From: a virus
Length of the DNA stretch: 43,291 bases
IMG/VR virus record: IMGVR_UViG_3300028571_000001
Direction: 5' to 3' (one strand)
Below are positions 8,027-17,770 of this stretch, piece after piece. Below the pieces are notes generated by a model that had not been told where the DNA came from, did not search any database, and worked only from the letters and a program-made list of their open reading frames with translations. Positions within the stretch are counted from its first letter, which is position 1. Each line of letters begins with the position of its first letter. The position numbers and the translations under genes were made by a program.

Positions 8027-9913
8027 ATGCTAACAACAGAGGAAATAACAGCCATAGTTGACCGCTATGTTGAGCATACAAAAGATTGGGCGCAGGCGCA
8101 AGCACAAAAGCAGTACGGCGGTATGATTAAATCCCTTAATGCTTTGTTCCCGTCAAGCGATGCAGTTAATACTAACACCATTCCTAATCAATTACCTGAG
8201 TATTGGGTTGGTTACAATTATGTAGTTCAGCAAATGCAATCAATTGAGCCGCATACAAGACGCGCGTTATTTCCCGAAAGACTTTTTAATTTACGCACTC
8301 CAAATCAAACTACTGAAGAATTAGAATACATAAAACAAACTTTTAAAAGTGTTACACTACCAGTTTGGCAAGATTTTATAAGCACATTATCACGAGGGGC
8401 GAACCGTTCAAATTACTCATTAAGATTTGAAGGTGATGAAGCAAAAGTAAAAGACTTTGAAGATTATTTAGAGTATTACTTACCAATTTACAATTCATTT
8501 TATAATTGGATACTGCAATACGAAATCCCACTTGCTCAAAAAGATGCAAACGGATATATTGCCGTAATGCCTTACGAAATACCTACAACAACAAATGAGG
8601 CGGGCGATATTGTGATGTCTGATGAAATGGTAAAGCCATTACCTTATTATTTTTCATGTAAAAACACTATTGGAAAAGGTGAGCATTACTATTTGTTTTT
8701 ATCACCAAATGAATATTCAGTAGTGCTTGAAAATGATAAGCCTAAAAGAATAGGGCAAGTGCTTTACTTGTTTGATGACACTTACATTTACCGAATTGAA
8801 CAAACGGGCAAACGTGTTGATTTTAAATTTAGTGAGCAAGTTATTTACTTTGAGCATTTATGCGGTGAAGTTCCTGTTCAACAGTTGGGAGGTGTTCCAA
8901 ATTATGTGAATGATAAAGTTGTTTTTGATAGCGCATTTAGCTTTGTTTCTGACATTTTAGATTTGGTATTACTTGACCAAAATAATTTAAACATTGCAAA
9001 GACTAAATGCATTTATCCATACCGAATAATGCTTGGTTCAATTTGTGATTTTGAAATTGACGGAGCAAAGTGTGATAATGGTTATATATTAAGCGAAACA
9101 GGAACTAAAAACACATGTCCAGCTTGTAAAGGGCGAGGAAGTGTACCTCGCATATCTCCTCTTGGTGAATTGCTAATAAACCCTGAAGATGTTTTTGGAA
9201 ATGGAGATAAATTAACAACAGCGCCAATTCAGTATGTCAGCCCATCCACAGAAACGGTTGAATTCTTGAAAAAAGAAATTGCGGACAATGAAATTAGAGC
9301 GCGCAAAATTGTACACTTAAACGATAGTGATGCAAAAGTTGCAGGAAATGAAAGCACAACCGCAACGGGGTCTTTAAATAAATTACGCTCAACATACGCA
9401 TTTATTAAGCCTATCAACAGCCAAACATTTAAAGTTGCATTTAAGGTTTTAGATTACATTTCCATCCAAAGAACGGGAGGTGCGGTTAATGTTTACGGTA
9501 CAGAGCCGACAAGTTTTGATATTAATACACCATCTGACTATTTAGATGCAATTAATGAAGCTAAATTAAGCGGAGTTGCACCTTTTATAATGTATCAACT
9601 TTATTCTGCTTACTTGATGTCAATTTCAAAGACAGATCCGTTACAAGCATCAGCTTACGATTTATTACTTAATACAGATTTGTTACTTGGAAACACACAA
9701 GAAGAAATTGCACTTAGAATTGCAAGCGGAACTGCTGAAAAATGGATGGATATTGTGCATAATTCTGGACTTGTTTTAATTTATCAATTGCATGACGCAA
9801 ATGAAAGGTTCTTTAATTTAAGTATGGAGGAGCAAAAAACGCAATTGGTTGATTTAGCTAAAAAACTTGTTGAAACGCCTCCGACAAATATGCGCGCTGA
9901 TGTTATTGTGTAG
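8027..9913 (+). CDS. Portal protein candidate
   Basis: 628 aa, directly upstream of a MuF-like head morphogenesis gene, then scaffold and capsid. Called from size and synteny only. Contains a four-Cys cluster (CDFEIDGAKC ... CPACKGRG). Confidence 0.5.
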   Translation: MLTTEEITAIVDRYVEHTKDWAQAQAQKQYGGMIKSLNALFPSSDAVNTNTIPNQLPEYWVGYNYVVQQMQSIEPHTRRALFPERLFNLRTPNQTTEELEYIKQTFKSVTLPVWQDFISTLSRGANRSNYSLRFEGDEAKVKDFEDYLEYYLPIYNSFYNWILQYEIPLAQKDANGYIAVMPYEIPTTTNEAGDIVMSDEMVKPLPYYFSCKNTIGKGEHYYLFLSPNEYSVVLENDKPKRIGQVLYLFDDTYIYRIEQTGKRVDFKFSEQVIYFEHLCGEVPVQQLGGVPNYVNDKVVFDSAFSFVSDILDLVLLDQNNLNIAKTKCIYPYRIMLGSICDFEIDGAKCDNGYILSETGTKNTCPACKGRGSVPRISPLGELLINPEDVFGNGDKLTTAPIQYVSPSTETVEFLKKEIADNEIRARKIVHLNDSDAKVAGNESTTATGSLNKLRSTYAFIKPINSQTFKVAFKVLDYISIQRTGGAVNVYGTEPTSFDINTPSDYLDAINEAKLSGVAPFIMYQLYSAYLMSISKTDPLQASAYDLLLNTDLLLGNTQEEIALRIASGTAEKWMDIVHNSGLVLIYQLHDANERFFNLSMEEQKTQLVDLAKKLVETPPTNMRADVIV

Positions 9914-9915
9914 TA

Positions 9916-10788
9916 ATGACTATTGACGAACTAATAAAAAAAAAGATTGAAATACTGGAGAATGAGCCTGAGAAATTGGGCGAAGCTGCGGTAAAATCAC
10001 AACTTTATATTTGGGAGCAAGTACAAGAGCAAATTGATAAATTTGAAACTGTTGATGGTAAAATTGTAGTTAATAACAAAAATATCCGCATACTTTACAA
10101 AGTAATTGACACGCTAAAAGAATCTATTAACAATACCGATTTTCAAAAAGCAATGAAAGCGTTTGTTAATTCATTTGATGAGGCGACCACAATATCAGAT
10201 AGGCTTGCAAAAGAAATTGAGAAAGGGTTTAAGCCGAATAAAGCACAAAAAGATTTAGTTCAATTAGCAAAAGATAACGCAGTTTCAACATTGATTGGTG
10301 AAGGATTGGCCGCACGATTAACCCAGCCGTTTGTTGAATTATTAGCGGCAAATGTAAGTGCAGGAAATAGCTTACTTGAAACGCGTAAACAGTTAAAAAA
10401 GTTTGTTCTTGGAACAAAAGATTCGGATGGAAGGTTACTTGCAAATGTGCGGACAAATTCAGCCACAGCTTTAGCCGTTGCGGATGCTTCATATTCAGCC
10501 GCAGTTGCCGAACAAGTTGGTGCGGTTTGGTTTAGATATGCAGGAAGCGTTATTGACACAACAAGACCATTCTGCAAAGAACGCGCGGGTAAATATTACC
10601 ACAAAAAAGAGATTGAATCATGGGCTAATGGCGATTGGAAAGGGGAAATCGCAGGCACTACTTCGCGTACAATTTTTAGTTTTAGAGGCGGGTGGAATTG
10701 CAGACACTCAATAAATATGTTAAATATTCGAGTAGTTCCACAGTCAGTTATACAAAGAAATATTGATAATGGTAATTATAAACAATAA
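9916..10788 (+). CDS. Head morphogenesis protein, Mu F / SPP1 gp7-like
   Basis: C-terminal signature WFRYAGSVIDTTRPFCKERAGKYY ... GGWNCRHS is typical of the Phage_Mu_F domain. Confidence 0.75.
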   Translation: MTIDELIKKKIEILENEPEKLGEAAVKSQLYIWEQVQEQIDKFETVDGKIVVNNKNIRILYKVIDTLKESINNTDFQKAMKAFVNSFDEATTISDRLAKEIEKGFKPNKAQKDLVQLAKDNAVSTLIGEGLAARLTQPFVELLAANVSAGNSLLETRKQLKKFVLGTKDSDGRLLANVRTNSATALAVADASYSAAVAEQVGAVWFRYAGSVIDTTRPFCKERAGKYYHKKEIESWANGDWKGEIAGTTSRTIFSFRGGWNCRHSINMLNIRVVPQSVIQRNIDNGNYKQ

Positions 10789-10792
10789 TTTG

Positions 10793-10800
10793 TATATTTG
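10793..10800 (+). promoter_or_regulatory. -7 promoter motif TATATTTG
   Basis: TAnnTTTG match 41 nt upstream of ATG 10842. Confidence 0.4.
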
Positions 10801-10841
10801 TATCCAATTAATGTCAAACTAAACCATAAAAACTATGTAAA

Positions 10842-11132
10842 ATGCCAGAAAAAATGATATTATGTATCCGTTATGCGGATGGAATGCAAAGGGAATTTCC
10901 CGAACATCTTGTAAAAAAAACAGGCTATCTTTCAAGAATGGGTTGGTCTGTTTTGGAGGAGTTTGAAATGCCACCTGTAAATGAACTGAAAAAAGTAGTT
11001 GAAGAAAAACCAAAACAAACCAAAGCGCGCAAAGTTGCAAGTCCTGCTGCTGAAGCTATTTTGAATGAAGATGAATTTCAGCCCTTACCTGAAGATGAAG
11101 AAAACGAAACCGACAAATTAAACAATCTATAA
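10842..11132 (+). CDS. Hypothetical acidic protein
   Basis: 96-aa ORF tightly packed between the MuF and scaffold genes. Acidic C-terminus (EDEFQPLPEDEENETD). Confidence 0.5.
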   Translation: MPEKMILCIRYADGMQREFPEHLVKKTGYLSRMGWSVLEEFEMPPVNELKKVVEEKPKQTKARKVASPAAEAILNEDEFQPLPEDEENETDKLNNL

Positions 11133-11135
11133 ACC

Positions 11136-11978
11136 ATGCCAATAAAACCAGAAGAAGCAATTGAAATATTGCAATTTATCGGGATTGACCCCGAAAAAAC
11201 AGAAACGATTGACGCTGCCAAAGATAAATTTGGAGCCGATTTTATTTTAAAAAGTGAAGCGATAAAGGATGATGTAATTGCAAGCAAGATAGTTGGCTCA
11301 CGTATGGGCGCACTTGAAACAGAAGCAAAGCGCACATTTAAAGAAATCGGTGTTGAATTTGAAGGTGAAGAAATTAAGGGTAAAAAGTTAGAGGATATCT
11401 TAAAACTTGGAGCCACAAAAGTAAAAGAACAATTTGAGCAAATTAAAAAGCTAAACACGGGCGGAGATGATGCTTCAAAAGAATGGGAAAAGAAATACAC
11501 AGCCCAACAAAAAAAGTTAGCCGACACTCAAGAACTTGCTAAAAGTCTACAAGAACAGTACACATCACTTGAAGGTACTTACAAAACCGAAAAGAAACAA
11601 GCTAAACTTACTGACTATAAAAAGTCACAGATTGCGGATATAAAATTTAAATCTGACATTAATACTTTAATGCTTGATGGCTTTCATGCAAACATTGAAA
11701 AGAAATACGGAATTGATTTTGATGAAAAAGACGAACCATTTGTAATTGATAGGTCAACAAATAGCCGCATTCAATCAAAGAAAAATGCGGGTAAATTTGC
11801 GGATTTTGGAGAAATTTTTGAACTTGAAGCCGCGGCAAATAAACTTATTGCAGAATCGCCGCACGGAGGTAAACCTGTATTCACACCTAAGCCCGCAGGA
11901 AATCCGCCCGCAGGAAATCCGCCCGCAACAAATCAAAATGTATCTTCAAGAGCTTTGAGAGCCGCAGGGAAGTTTTAA
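11136..11978 (+). CDS. Scaffolding protein candidate
   Basis: 280 aa, Lys/Glu-rich and coiled-coil-like. Lies immediately upstream of the capsid gene. The C-terminus carries a PAGNP tandem repeat. Confidence 0.55.
   Translation: MPIKPEEAIEILQFIGIDPEKTETIDAAKDKFGADFILKSEAIKDDVIASKIVGSRMGALETEAKRTFKEIGVEFEGEEIKGKKLEDILKLGATKVKEQFEQIKKLNTGGDDASKEWEKKYTAQQKKLADTQELAKSLQEQYTSLEGTYKTEKKQAKLTDYKKSQIADIKFKSDINTLMLDGFHANIEKKYGIDFDEKDEPFVIDRSTNSRIQSKKNAGKFADFGEIFELEAAANKLIAESPHGGKPVFTPKPAGNPPAGNPPATNQNVSSRALRAAGKF
11891..11930 (+). repeat. 15-bp in-frame tandem repeat (gcccgcaggaaatcc x2.6)
   Basis: Encodes PAGNPPAGNPPATN near the C-terminus of the scaffold candidate. Confidence 0.9.
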
Positions 11979-12010
11979 AATAAAGCAACAATTACCTTTT
12001 GACGCTTTAA

Positions 12011-12051
12011 AGTGCAATCGAACTCTAATTCTGTTGCACTTTTTTTATTTT
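12011..12051 (+). terminator. Rho-independent terminator
   Basis: AGTGCAA (12011-12017) pairs with TTGCACT (12034-12040), followed by ttttttatttt. Confidence 0.65.
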
Positions 12052-12068
12052 GTAATTAATATTTTTTC

Positions 12069-12076
12069 TATATTTG
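12069..12076 (+). promoter_or_regulatory. -7 promoter motif TATATTTG (capsid gene promoter)
   Basis: TAnnTTTG match 98 nt upstream of ATG 12175. The leader shares GAyATT..GTGCC..GCAAAAA with the 5730 unit. Confidence 0.55.
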
Positions 12077-12174
12077 CAGTATTGGACATTGTGCCTACAT
12101 CGGCAAAAATGATGTAAATCGTGGTGAATCGCCCCGCCATTAATTGGAGCGCAAATTCATAAAATTTACATATC

Positions 12175-13245
12175 ATGTCTGCATTAAATCAGATTTATTC
12201 AGAATGCCCTGCGATTCAGGCAGGTATCAATGATGCTTTTGGCTTTCAAATGGCTCAAGAAGCATTGCCTCAGTTAGAGTTTGTTAACTCCGAATTAAAT
12301 ACACGTAACATTAAACAATTAGTTTCTCCAGGCGGCGCAAAAAAGCGCAAGGTTAAACTTTCATTTTTCCCACGTTTACCTGAATCACAAGCTGTTGAAG
12401 GTGCTGCTGTTTGCGGTCCTTTCGATCCAATTGGCGATAACACGGCAGAATATGAAATCACTGCAAACCCTGTTACTTCAGGAGAATCTTTTACACCAGA
12501 AGATTTAGCAGAATATTGCAGCGGAAATTCAAGCATATTAAATGAGAAATTAGCACTTCACTTAGATGTAATTGATAGAGCTATTGCAACAAGACTTGCT
12601 GAAGAAACCTTTGCTTTAGTTGGTGGATATTCTCAAGATGCAAAAGATTACTATGTTGCCCCAAATCCAGACGGTATAATTACCAATTTGGAAGTATTGG
12701 AAATGCCTACAAGAATTGCATCTTCTCAAGAGCAATCTGGATGGTTAGAAACATTGCAACAAGCTTTAATGATGACAGGTTACACAGGTGGAGTTGTTGG
12801 ATTTGGTGGTGCCGCAATTAACACAGCCTTTAGACGCGCCCTTGCAGGATGCTGCACAAATTCTGGTCTTAATATGCAAGAATTGTTAAGACTTTACGGT
12901 ATTTCATTTGCTTACGACAAGCGCGTTGCGGCTGCTTTTGGTGGTCAAAACGAGGCTTTTTCAACTGTGCCTGGTGCAATTCAATTGCTTTCTTATCAGT
13001 TAGCTGGTTGGAAAGATGGTTTTCCTCCTGCTGCTCAAATGGGTTCTAATTACGTTCGTTTAAGCGCTTCCACTCGCGCTGGTGTTCCTGTTGATATTAT
13101 TTTCAAAGACGAGTGTCCAGGCAATTTGCAAATATCTGTAACGGCAGATGTTCAAACAATTGCACTACCTTCTAATATGTTCTACGAAGGGGATAATTTC
13201 TTTGGAGTTAATTACATTAATCATTTCCGCGCAAAAAACTCATAG
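12175..13245 (+). CDS. Major capsid protein candidate
   Basis: 356 aa, directly after the scaffold candidate. Has its own promoter motif and a long leader and is followed by a hairpin. Small-residue-rich composition. Called from position and expression architecture. Confidence 0.6.
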   Translation: MSALNQIYSECPAIQAGINDAFGFQMAQEALPQLEFVNSELNTRNIKQLVSPGGAKKRKVKLSFFPRLPESQAVEGAAVCGPFDPIGDNTAEYEITANPVTSGESFTPEDLAEYCSGNSSILNEKLALHLDVIDRAIATRLAEETFALVGGYSQDAKDYYVAPNPDGIITNLEVLEMPTRIASSQEQSGWLETLQQALMMTGYTGGVVGFGGAAINTAFRRALAGCCTNSGLNMQELLRLYGISFAYDKRVAAAFGGQNEAFSTVPGAIQLLSYQLAGWKDGFPPAAQMGSNYVRLSASTRAGVPVDIIFKDECPGNLQISVTADVQTIALPSNMFYEGDNFFGVNYINHFRAKNS

Positions 13246-13384
13246 CCCCGATTGAGTATATTGGCAAGCTGTTTGAAAGTGGAGCGGGCTTTTTATACGA
13301 ATCGGGCGAAGGGTACGAATTTAACGCATAGAAACGCATAATTTAATTCATAGTAAATTAAATTTCATAGTTTGATTGGTTTGA

Positions 13385-13409
13385 GGGGGTTTGTCGTGTA
13401 CTTACCCCC
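13385..13409 (+). terminator. Hairpin downstream of capsid gene (weak terminator candidate)
   Basis: GGGGGT (13385-13390) pairs with ACCCCC (13404-13409) around a 13-nt loop. There is no immediate T-run. Confidence 0.3.
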
Positions 13410-13439
13410 AACCATTCAAATTTTTAAAACACAAACACC

Positions 13440-14438
13440 ATGTCAAATTGCTTTTCAAAAATAATAGGAATAAAAGAGGCGTGTTCGCAAGACTACGTAC
13501 CTAAATTATTCATCAATCAAATTGGAATGAATTTGGCATTGTTAGACCAATATGCAGGGAGTAATTATTCAAGCGGCTTGGATTTATTTAATGATAAGTT
13601 GGAATTCGCAGGGGAAGCAATGGCAAGTGAAATGCTTGCTCAATTATCAAAAAGAATAAAAGGAACTACCATTATTGCAAATATTGCAATTGGTTACATT
13701 CCAAATCAAAGCGGTAACAATACTGCTTTAGGTGATGGTAATTGGGTTGGAATTAGAATTAGACAAGATTCGCCTTCATTTATTGCGCTCACTTTAAAAG
13801 ATATTAAATTGAATATTGATACTACGGGAAATATTCCCCTTAAAATATTCGATTACAGAACAAAAAAAATAATTAAGGACATAACAGTTACGGCGAATGA
13901 TTGGAGCCAACTTAATGAAGTTATTCAATCTTTAGGGCGTGACATCGACATAGTAATTGGTTATGAATCACTTTTTACCTCAACGCGCACGCTCGTTAAC
14001 AGAAATGTTTGCACAAATGGTTGCCCGCCTTCATTTATTAGCTGTTCAGACTATACAGATGTTGTTGGGGTTAGGTTTGTTTTAAGTGGTGCAGATTTAG
14101 GGACTTTAAGTAACGTTGGAAACACTTACGGTATGCAATTAAATTACAATATCACATGTAATTATCAATCATGGCTTTGCTCCCTTTCACAAGTTACAGC
14201 CCTACCATTACTTTATAAAGTTGCGGCTGACATAACAGAATACGCAATTCACTTTGCGCCAAATGAGAGAGTAAATAATAGTGTTGATAATAAAGAAAAT
14301 TTAAAATCTCAATATCAGTTTTTTACTCAGAAATATAATGAGGCGTTAAACACGTTGCTTACTAATATGCGATTGCCTGCGGGTGACGATTGTTTTTATT
14401 GTAAGGAAAATTTACGTTATACTATTTCATTACCATAA
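13440..14438 (+). CDS. Hypothetical virion protein
   Basis: 332-aa ORF in the head/neck region. No motif recognised. Confidence 0.5.
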   Translation: MSNCFSKIIGIKEACSQDYVPKLFINQIGMNLALLDQYAGSNYSSGLDLFNDKLEFAGEAMASEMLAQLSKRIKGTTIIANIAIGYIPNQSGNNTALGDGNWVGIRIRQDSPSFIALTLKDIKLNIDTTGNIPLKIFDYRTKKIIKDITVTANDWSQLNEVIQSLGRDIDIVIGYESLFTSTRTLVNRNVCTNGCPPSFISCSDYTDVVGVRFVLSGADLGTLSNVGNTYGMQLNYNITCNYQSWLCSLSQVTALPLLYKVAADITEYAIHFAPNERVNNSVDNKENLKSQYQFFTQKYNEALNTLLTNMRLPAGDDCFYCKENLRYTISLP

Positions 14439-15001
14439 TGACGCGGGATATGGCACAGACAATAGAACAATTAAATAAAAGATTATTAGAATTAACAGAA
14501 TCGCAGAAATTTAATGATGCGTTGACGGAGGCGGCTTTAACTGTGCAAGATGAAATGAGTAATAGAATATTTATTGAATTAGAAAATATTGCAGGAAACA
14601 AAGCGTCAAGTGCAGATTATTCAACTAAAGAAATTTGGGTTGAACCGTTGACATTACCACGCAATGCAGGCAGCGCAATTGGTAAAAGAGGCAAACCAAT
14701 TCAAACAAGATATTTTGCTGGAGGTTGGGCTGATGTTAAATCGCAAGTTGGTCGCCCAAATTATGAATTAAACGGAGTATTGTTTCGTGATTTCAATTCT
14801 GCTTTAGTTTCATTTGGAAGTAATTTACGTGTTGCGTTAACCTTAAAAAATCCTGAAAACTTTGGAAAGGTAAAAGGACTTAATAAAAAATACGGACGTA
14901 CTTTTGGCGTAAATGATAAAGAGCGCGAACTGTTTGGGTTAGTGCTTGGTGATTTAGTTACAAAACAAATTAATGAAGACATAAATACTACAACTACATA
15001 G
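14438..15001 (+). CDS. Hypothetical protein, possible head-tail adaptor
   Basis: 187 aa. Its start overlaps the previous stop (ATAATG). Position between capsid and fibre suggests a neck protein. Weak resemblance only. Confidence 0.35.
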   Translation: MTRDMAQTIEQLNKRLLELTESQKFNDALTEAALTVQDEMSNRIFIELENIAGNKASSADYSTKEIWVEPLTLPRNAGSAIGKRGKPIQTRYFAGGWADVKSQVGRPNYELNGVLFRDFNSALVSFGSNLRVALTLKNPENFGKVKGLNKKYGRTFGVNDKERELFGLVLGDLVTKQINEDINTTTT

Positions 15002-15008
15002 TGTGTAA

Positions 15009-15545
15009 ATGGACATCCTGACCCAAATAATTACTTACGGAAATAGCAAGATTGCTACAAGCGGCCTAATTGAGCGCGCGTTTAATTTAGCTGTTTTGCA
15101 AAGTGGCAATTATTCTGTTTACGAAAGGGATGGACAAATGATATTGGTAAACAATATTGATAATTACCGAGGTCAATCATTTTGGTTATTGCGAACATTA
15201 AGCGTAGTTGCTGAAGATGATGATTTAAAAGGTGGCGGCGAACTTTACACGCATACTTTTAACTTTGACTTAATTGTTTCAAAGCGAAAAAATGAACTTG
15301 CTTGTGATAGTTTTGGAGCCGACTTTGAAATTTACCAACGTATTTTAAAGTCACTTGTTGAAAATGGAAGCGATGAAGCGTTGCGATTGGTAACAACAAG
15401 CAGACAAGCAACAATGCGCGTGCGTGGGTATGGAGCTGCGCCGAAAGAGGTCGCCCAAAAAATAGACTACTCAACAATCGCAATAAAGATTGAAGTAATT
15501 TTAAAAGCAAATATTAACTGCATAGCTAATCTATGCGCAAATTAA
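15009..15545 (+). CDS. Hypothetical virion protein
   Basis: 178-aa ORF packed in the late operon. No motif recognised. Confidence 0.5.
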   Translation: MDILTQIITYGNSKIATSGLIERAFNLAVLQSGNYSVYERDGQMILVNNIDNYRGQSFWLLRTLSVVAEDDDLKGGGELYTHTFNFDLIVSKRKNELACDSFGADFEIYQRILKSLVENGSDEALRLVTTSRQATMRVRGYGAAPKEVAQKIDYSTIAIKIEVILKANINCIANLCAN

Positions 15546-15552
15546 ATAAGAT

Positions 15553-17739
15553 ATGGCAACTCCTTCAGAATTTAAAAAATTAACAGACCCAACAATTCCT
15601 TTTCAAAGCGGAACCGTTGCGCTAAATGATTTAGCACATATAGTTGATGTAAGTGATACTTCAGGAGGTGCGGCGGGGACTTCTAAAAGAACGCCTGTGC
15701 AGAAGATATTTGATGCAATTCTTGCTGCATTTTCTGATTCTTCAACTACAGTAAAAGGCATAACTAAATTATCAGTTGCTCCAGTTTCACCTACAGATCC
15801 AATTGCGGTAGGAGATAATGACCCGCGAAATTCAAACGCAAGAACACCAACGGCTCACGCCTCAACTCATACAAACGGAACGGACGATATTCAGAGTGCA
15901 AACGGTTCTCAAAAGGGTGTATTAACGGCTGCAGATTGGACGGCGTTTAATGGCAAAGCGGTTGTTATTAGCACAGATAAAGCAACAATATCTGCGGGTA
16001 TTTTGGCGGCAACATTAAACCCAAATGCAAGATATATAATTCAAGATGCCTCTGCGGGTGCGATTAGTGTTTTTGCAACTGGAACGGGAAGCATAACAAC
16101 GGCAGCAATATTAAACGGTAATTGGGATGGAACAACATTTACTTTTGGAACTTTTGGAAGATATTCATTAAGCGAAGATTGGTTTATCCCAATGAGTAAT
16201 CAGTATGCAGCCGCGCCAACTAATGATGAAGATTTTGATAAGGGTTACGTTGTAAATGATATTTGGATTGATACAACAACGAGTATAACTTATAAATGCA
16301 TTGATGTAACAACAGGCGCAGCGGTTTGGCAGGCGCAAAGTTTTAATATAATTTCAATCACCTATTCAGATTTAGTTACGGCAATATCAAATTCAACATT
16401 AGTAAAATTAGGGTGGTATTTGCTAACAGACTTTGAATTAACACATGAAATACCTAATAGTGAAGGGGCTACTTGGACATCTCCTGTTGAGCCGATTTTA
16501 ATCCAAGCTATTGACGTTAATAAATTAGCTGATTACGGCCACTCTCAAACATGGTTAGGCGAGGTTGTTTATTATACAACTGATAATAATCAATCTGCGG
16601 TGTTAGGGTGTACAAAAGGTTATGTAAGAAGGAGGGTAAATAATAGATGGAAACTTGATTTTGGAACTGATTACAGAAATAATAGATATAGGAGGTTTGC
16701 GGTTAATGTTACAAATACTTATGATGGTGCAACTATTTACGCTCAATATGCTGTGGTTGAAGATGGTAGCGGGGTTGTGTATGGAAGTTTGCAAGCTGGA
16801 AATTTAGGAAATGCTTTGACCGACGAATTGTTTTGGGTTAATTTAGGATATAATAACGGTGAATATTGGGGGGTAACTGGCACAACTTGGAATATTGGAA
16901 ATTATACCATTGACACCGATGCTGCTGATTTTGAAGATAGACCTATGTTAGACCCAACTGATTTAGATAGTGGAAATTACTTTAACGGAACAATTGAACA
17001 AAGCGCAGATGAAACAGGGTTTAATTTTGGGTTAAATCAATTAAACAATATTGTTGTTAAACTCTACAGCACCATGTACGGCTTCACATTGAGCAACAGC
17101 AGCATGTACGCCTTCACAATGAGCTACAGCAGCCTGTACGGCTTCACATTGAGTAGCAACAGCATCCTGTACGACTTCACAATGAGCGGCAGTAGCCTGT
17201 ACGCCTTCACAATGAGTAGCAACAGCATCCTGTACGACTTCACAATGAGCGGCAGTAGCCTGTACGACTTCACAATGAGCTACAGTAGCCTGTACGGCTT
17301 CACATTGAGTGGCTACAGCACCATGTACGGCTTCACATTGAGTGGCTACAGCACCATGTACGACTTCACATTGAGCAACAGCAGCCTGTACGGCTTCACA
17401 TTGAGCGACAGCAGCCTGTACGTCTTCACAATGAGCTACAGTAGCCTGTTAGGCTTCACAATGAGCTACAGTAGCCTGTACGGCTTCACATTGAGTGGCA
17501 ACACCAGCCTGTACGGCTTCACATTGAGCGACAGCAGCCTGTACGGCTTCACAATGTCTTCACAAACAATTCGAAAATTCTCAATGGAGGGCGTAACGGT
17601 AAATACCCTCGACACCACAATAGCAACAATAATTTTCGGAAATTACTCTAAAACAATAACGTCAAGGATAGATGGAGCACCAAGAATTAGTTACATAGAT
17701 AATTCGGACGCATTACAAATTGTAGATATAAACATATAA
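15553..17739 (+). CDS. Tail fibre protein with C-terminal decapeptide repeat array
   Basis: N-terminal region has fibre-typical motifs (TVKGITKLSVAP..., AHASTHTNGTDDI, KGVLTAADWTAFNGK). The C-terminal third contains 16 tandem 10-11 aa units. Confidence 0.7.
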   Translation: MATPSEFKKLTDPTIPFQSGTVALNDLAHIVDVSDTSGGAAGTSKRTPVQKIFDAILAAFSDSSTTVKGITKLSVAPVSPTDPIAVGDNDPRNSNARTPTAHASTHTNGTDDIQSANGSQKGVLTAADWTAFNGKAVVISTDKATISAGILAATLNPNARYIIQDASAGAISVFATGTGSITTAAILNGNWDGTTFTFGTFGRYSLSEDWFIPMSNQYAAAPTNDEDFDKGYVVNDIWIDTTTSITYKCIDVTTGAAVWQAQSFNIISITYSDLVTAISNSTLVKLGWYLLTDFELTHEIPNSEGATWTSPVEPILIQAIDVNKLADYGHSQTWLGEVVYYTTDNNQSAVLGCTKGYVRRRVNNRWKLDFGTDYRNNRYRRFAVNVTNTYDGATIYAQYAVVEDGSGVVYGSLQAGNLGNALTDELFWVNLGYNNGEYWGVTGTTWNIGNYTIDTDAADFEDRPMLDPTDLDSGNYFNGTIEQSADETGFNFGLNQLNNIVVKLYSTMYGFTLSNSSMYAFTMSYSSLYGFTLSSNSILYDFTMSGSSLYAFTMSSNSILYDFTMSGSSLYDFTMSYSSLYGFTLSGYSTMYGFTLSGYSTMYDFTLSNSSLYGFTLSDSSLYVFTMSYSSLLGFTMSYSSLYGFTLSGNTSLYGFTLSDSSLYGFTMSSQTIRKFSMEGVTVNTLDTTIATIIFGNYSKTITSRIDGAPRISYIDNSDALQIVDINI
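17065..17559 (+). repeat. Tandem 30/33-bp coding repeat, 16 units (consensus xSSLYGFT[LM]S)
   Basis: Units read directly: YSTMYGFTLS, NSSMYAFTMS, YSSLYGFTLS, SNSILYDFTMS ... DSSLYGFTMS. The DNA is much more GC-rich than its flanks (agcagcctgtacggcttcacattgagc). Confidence 0.95.
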
Positions 17740-17770
17740 CAATGAACATAGCAAAGACAATAATAAACAA

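Noticed and set aside
13246-13384. Small repeats downstream of the capsid gene (CCCGATT..AATCGGG, aacgcata x2, AATTTAATT palindrome) as a possible small RNA.
   Set aside because: The stems are short, the spacing is irregular, and there is no promoter motif or clear terminator. The evidence is insufficient beyond ordinary intergenic structure.
17065-17559. Possible CRISPR array or non-coding satellite in the regular 30/33-bp repeat region.
   Set aside because: The units are contiguous with no spacers. They keep the fibre reading frame for 165 codons and encode a coherent peptide repeat. No cas genes are present.
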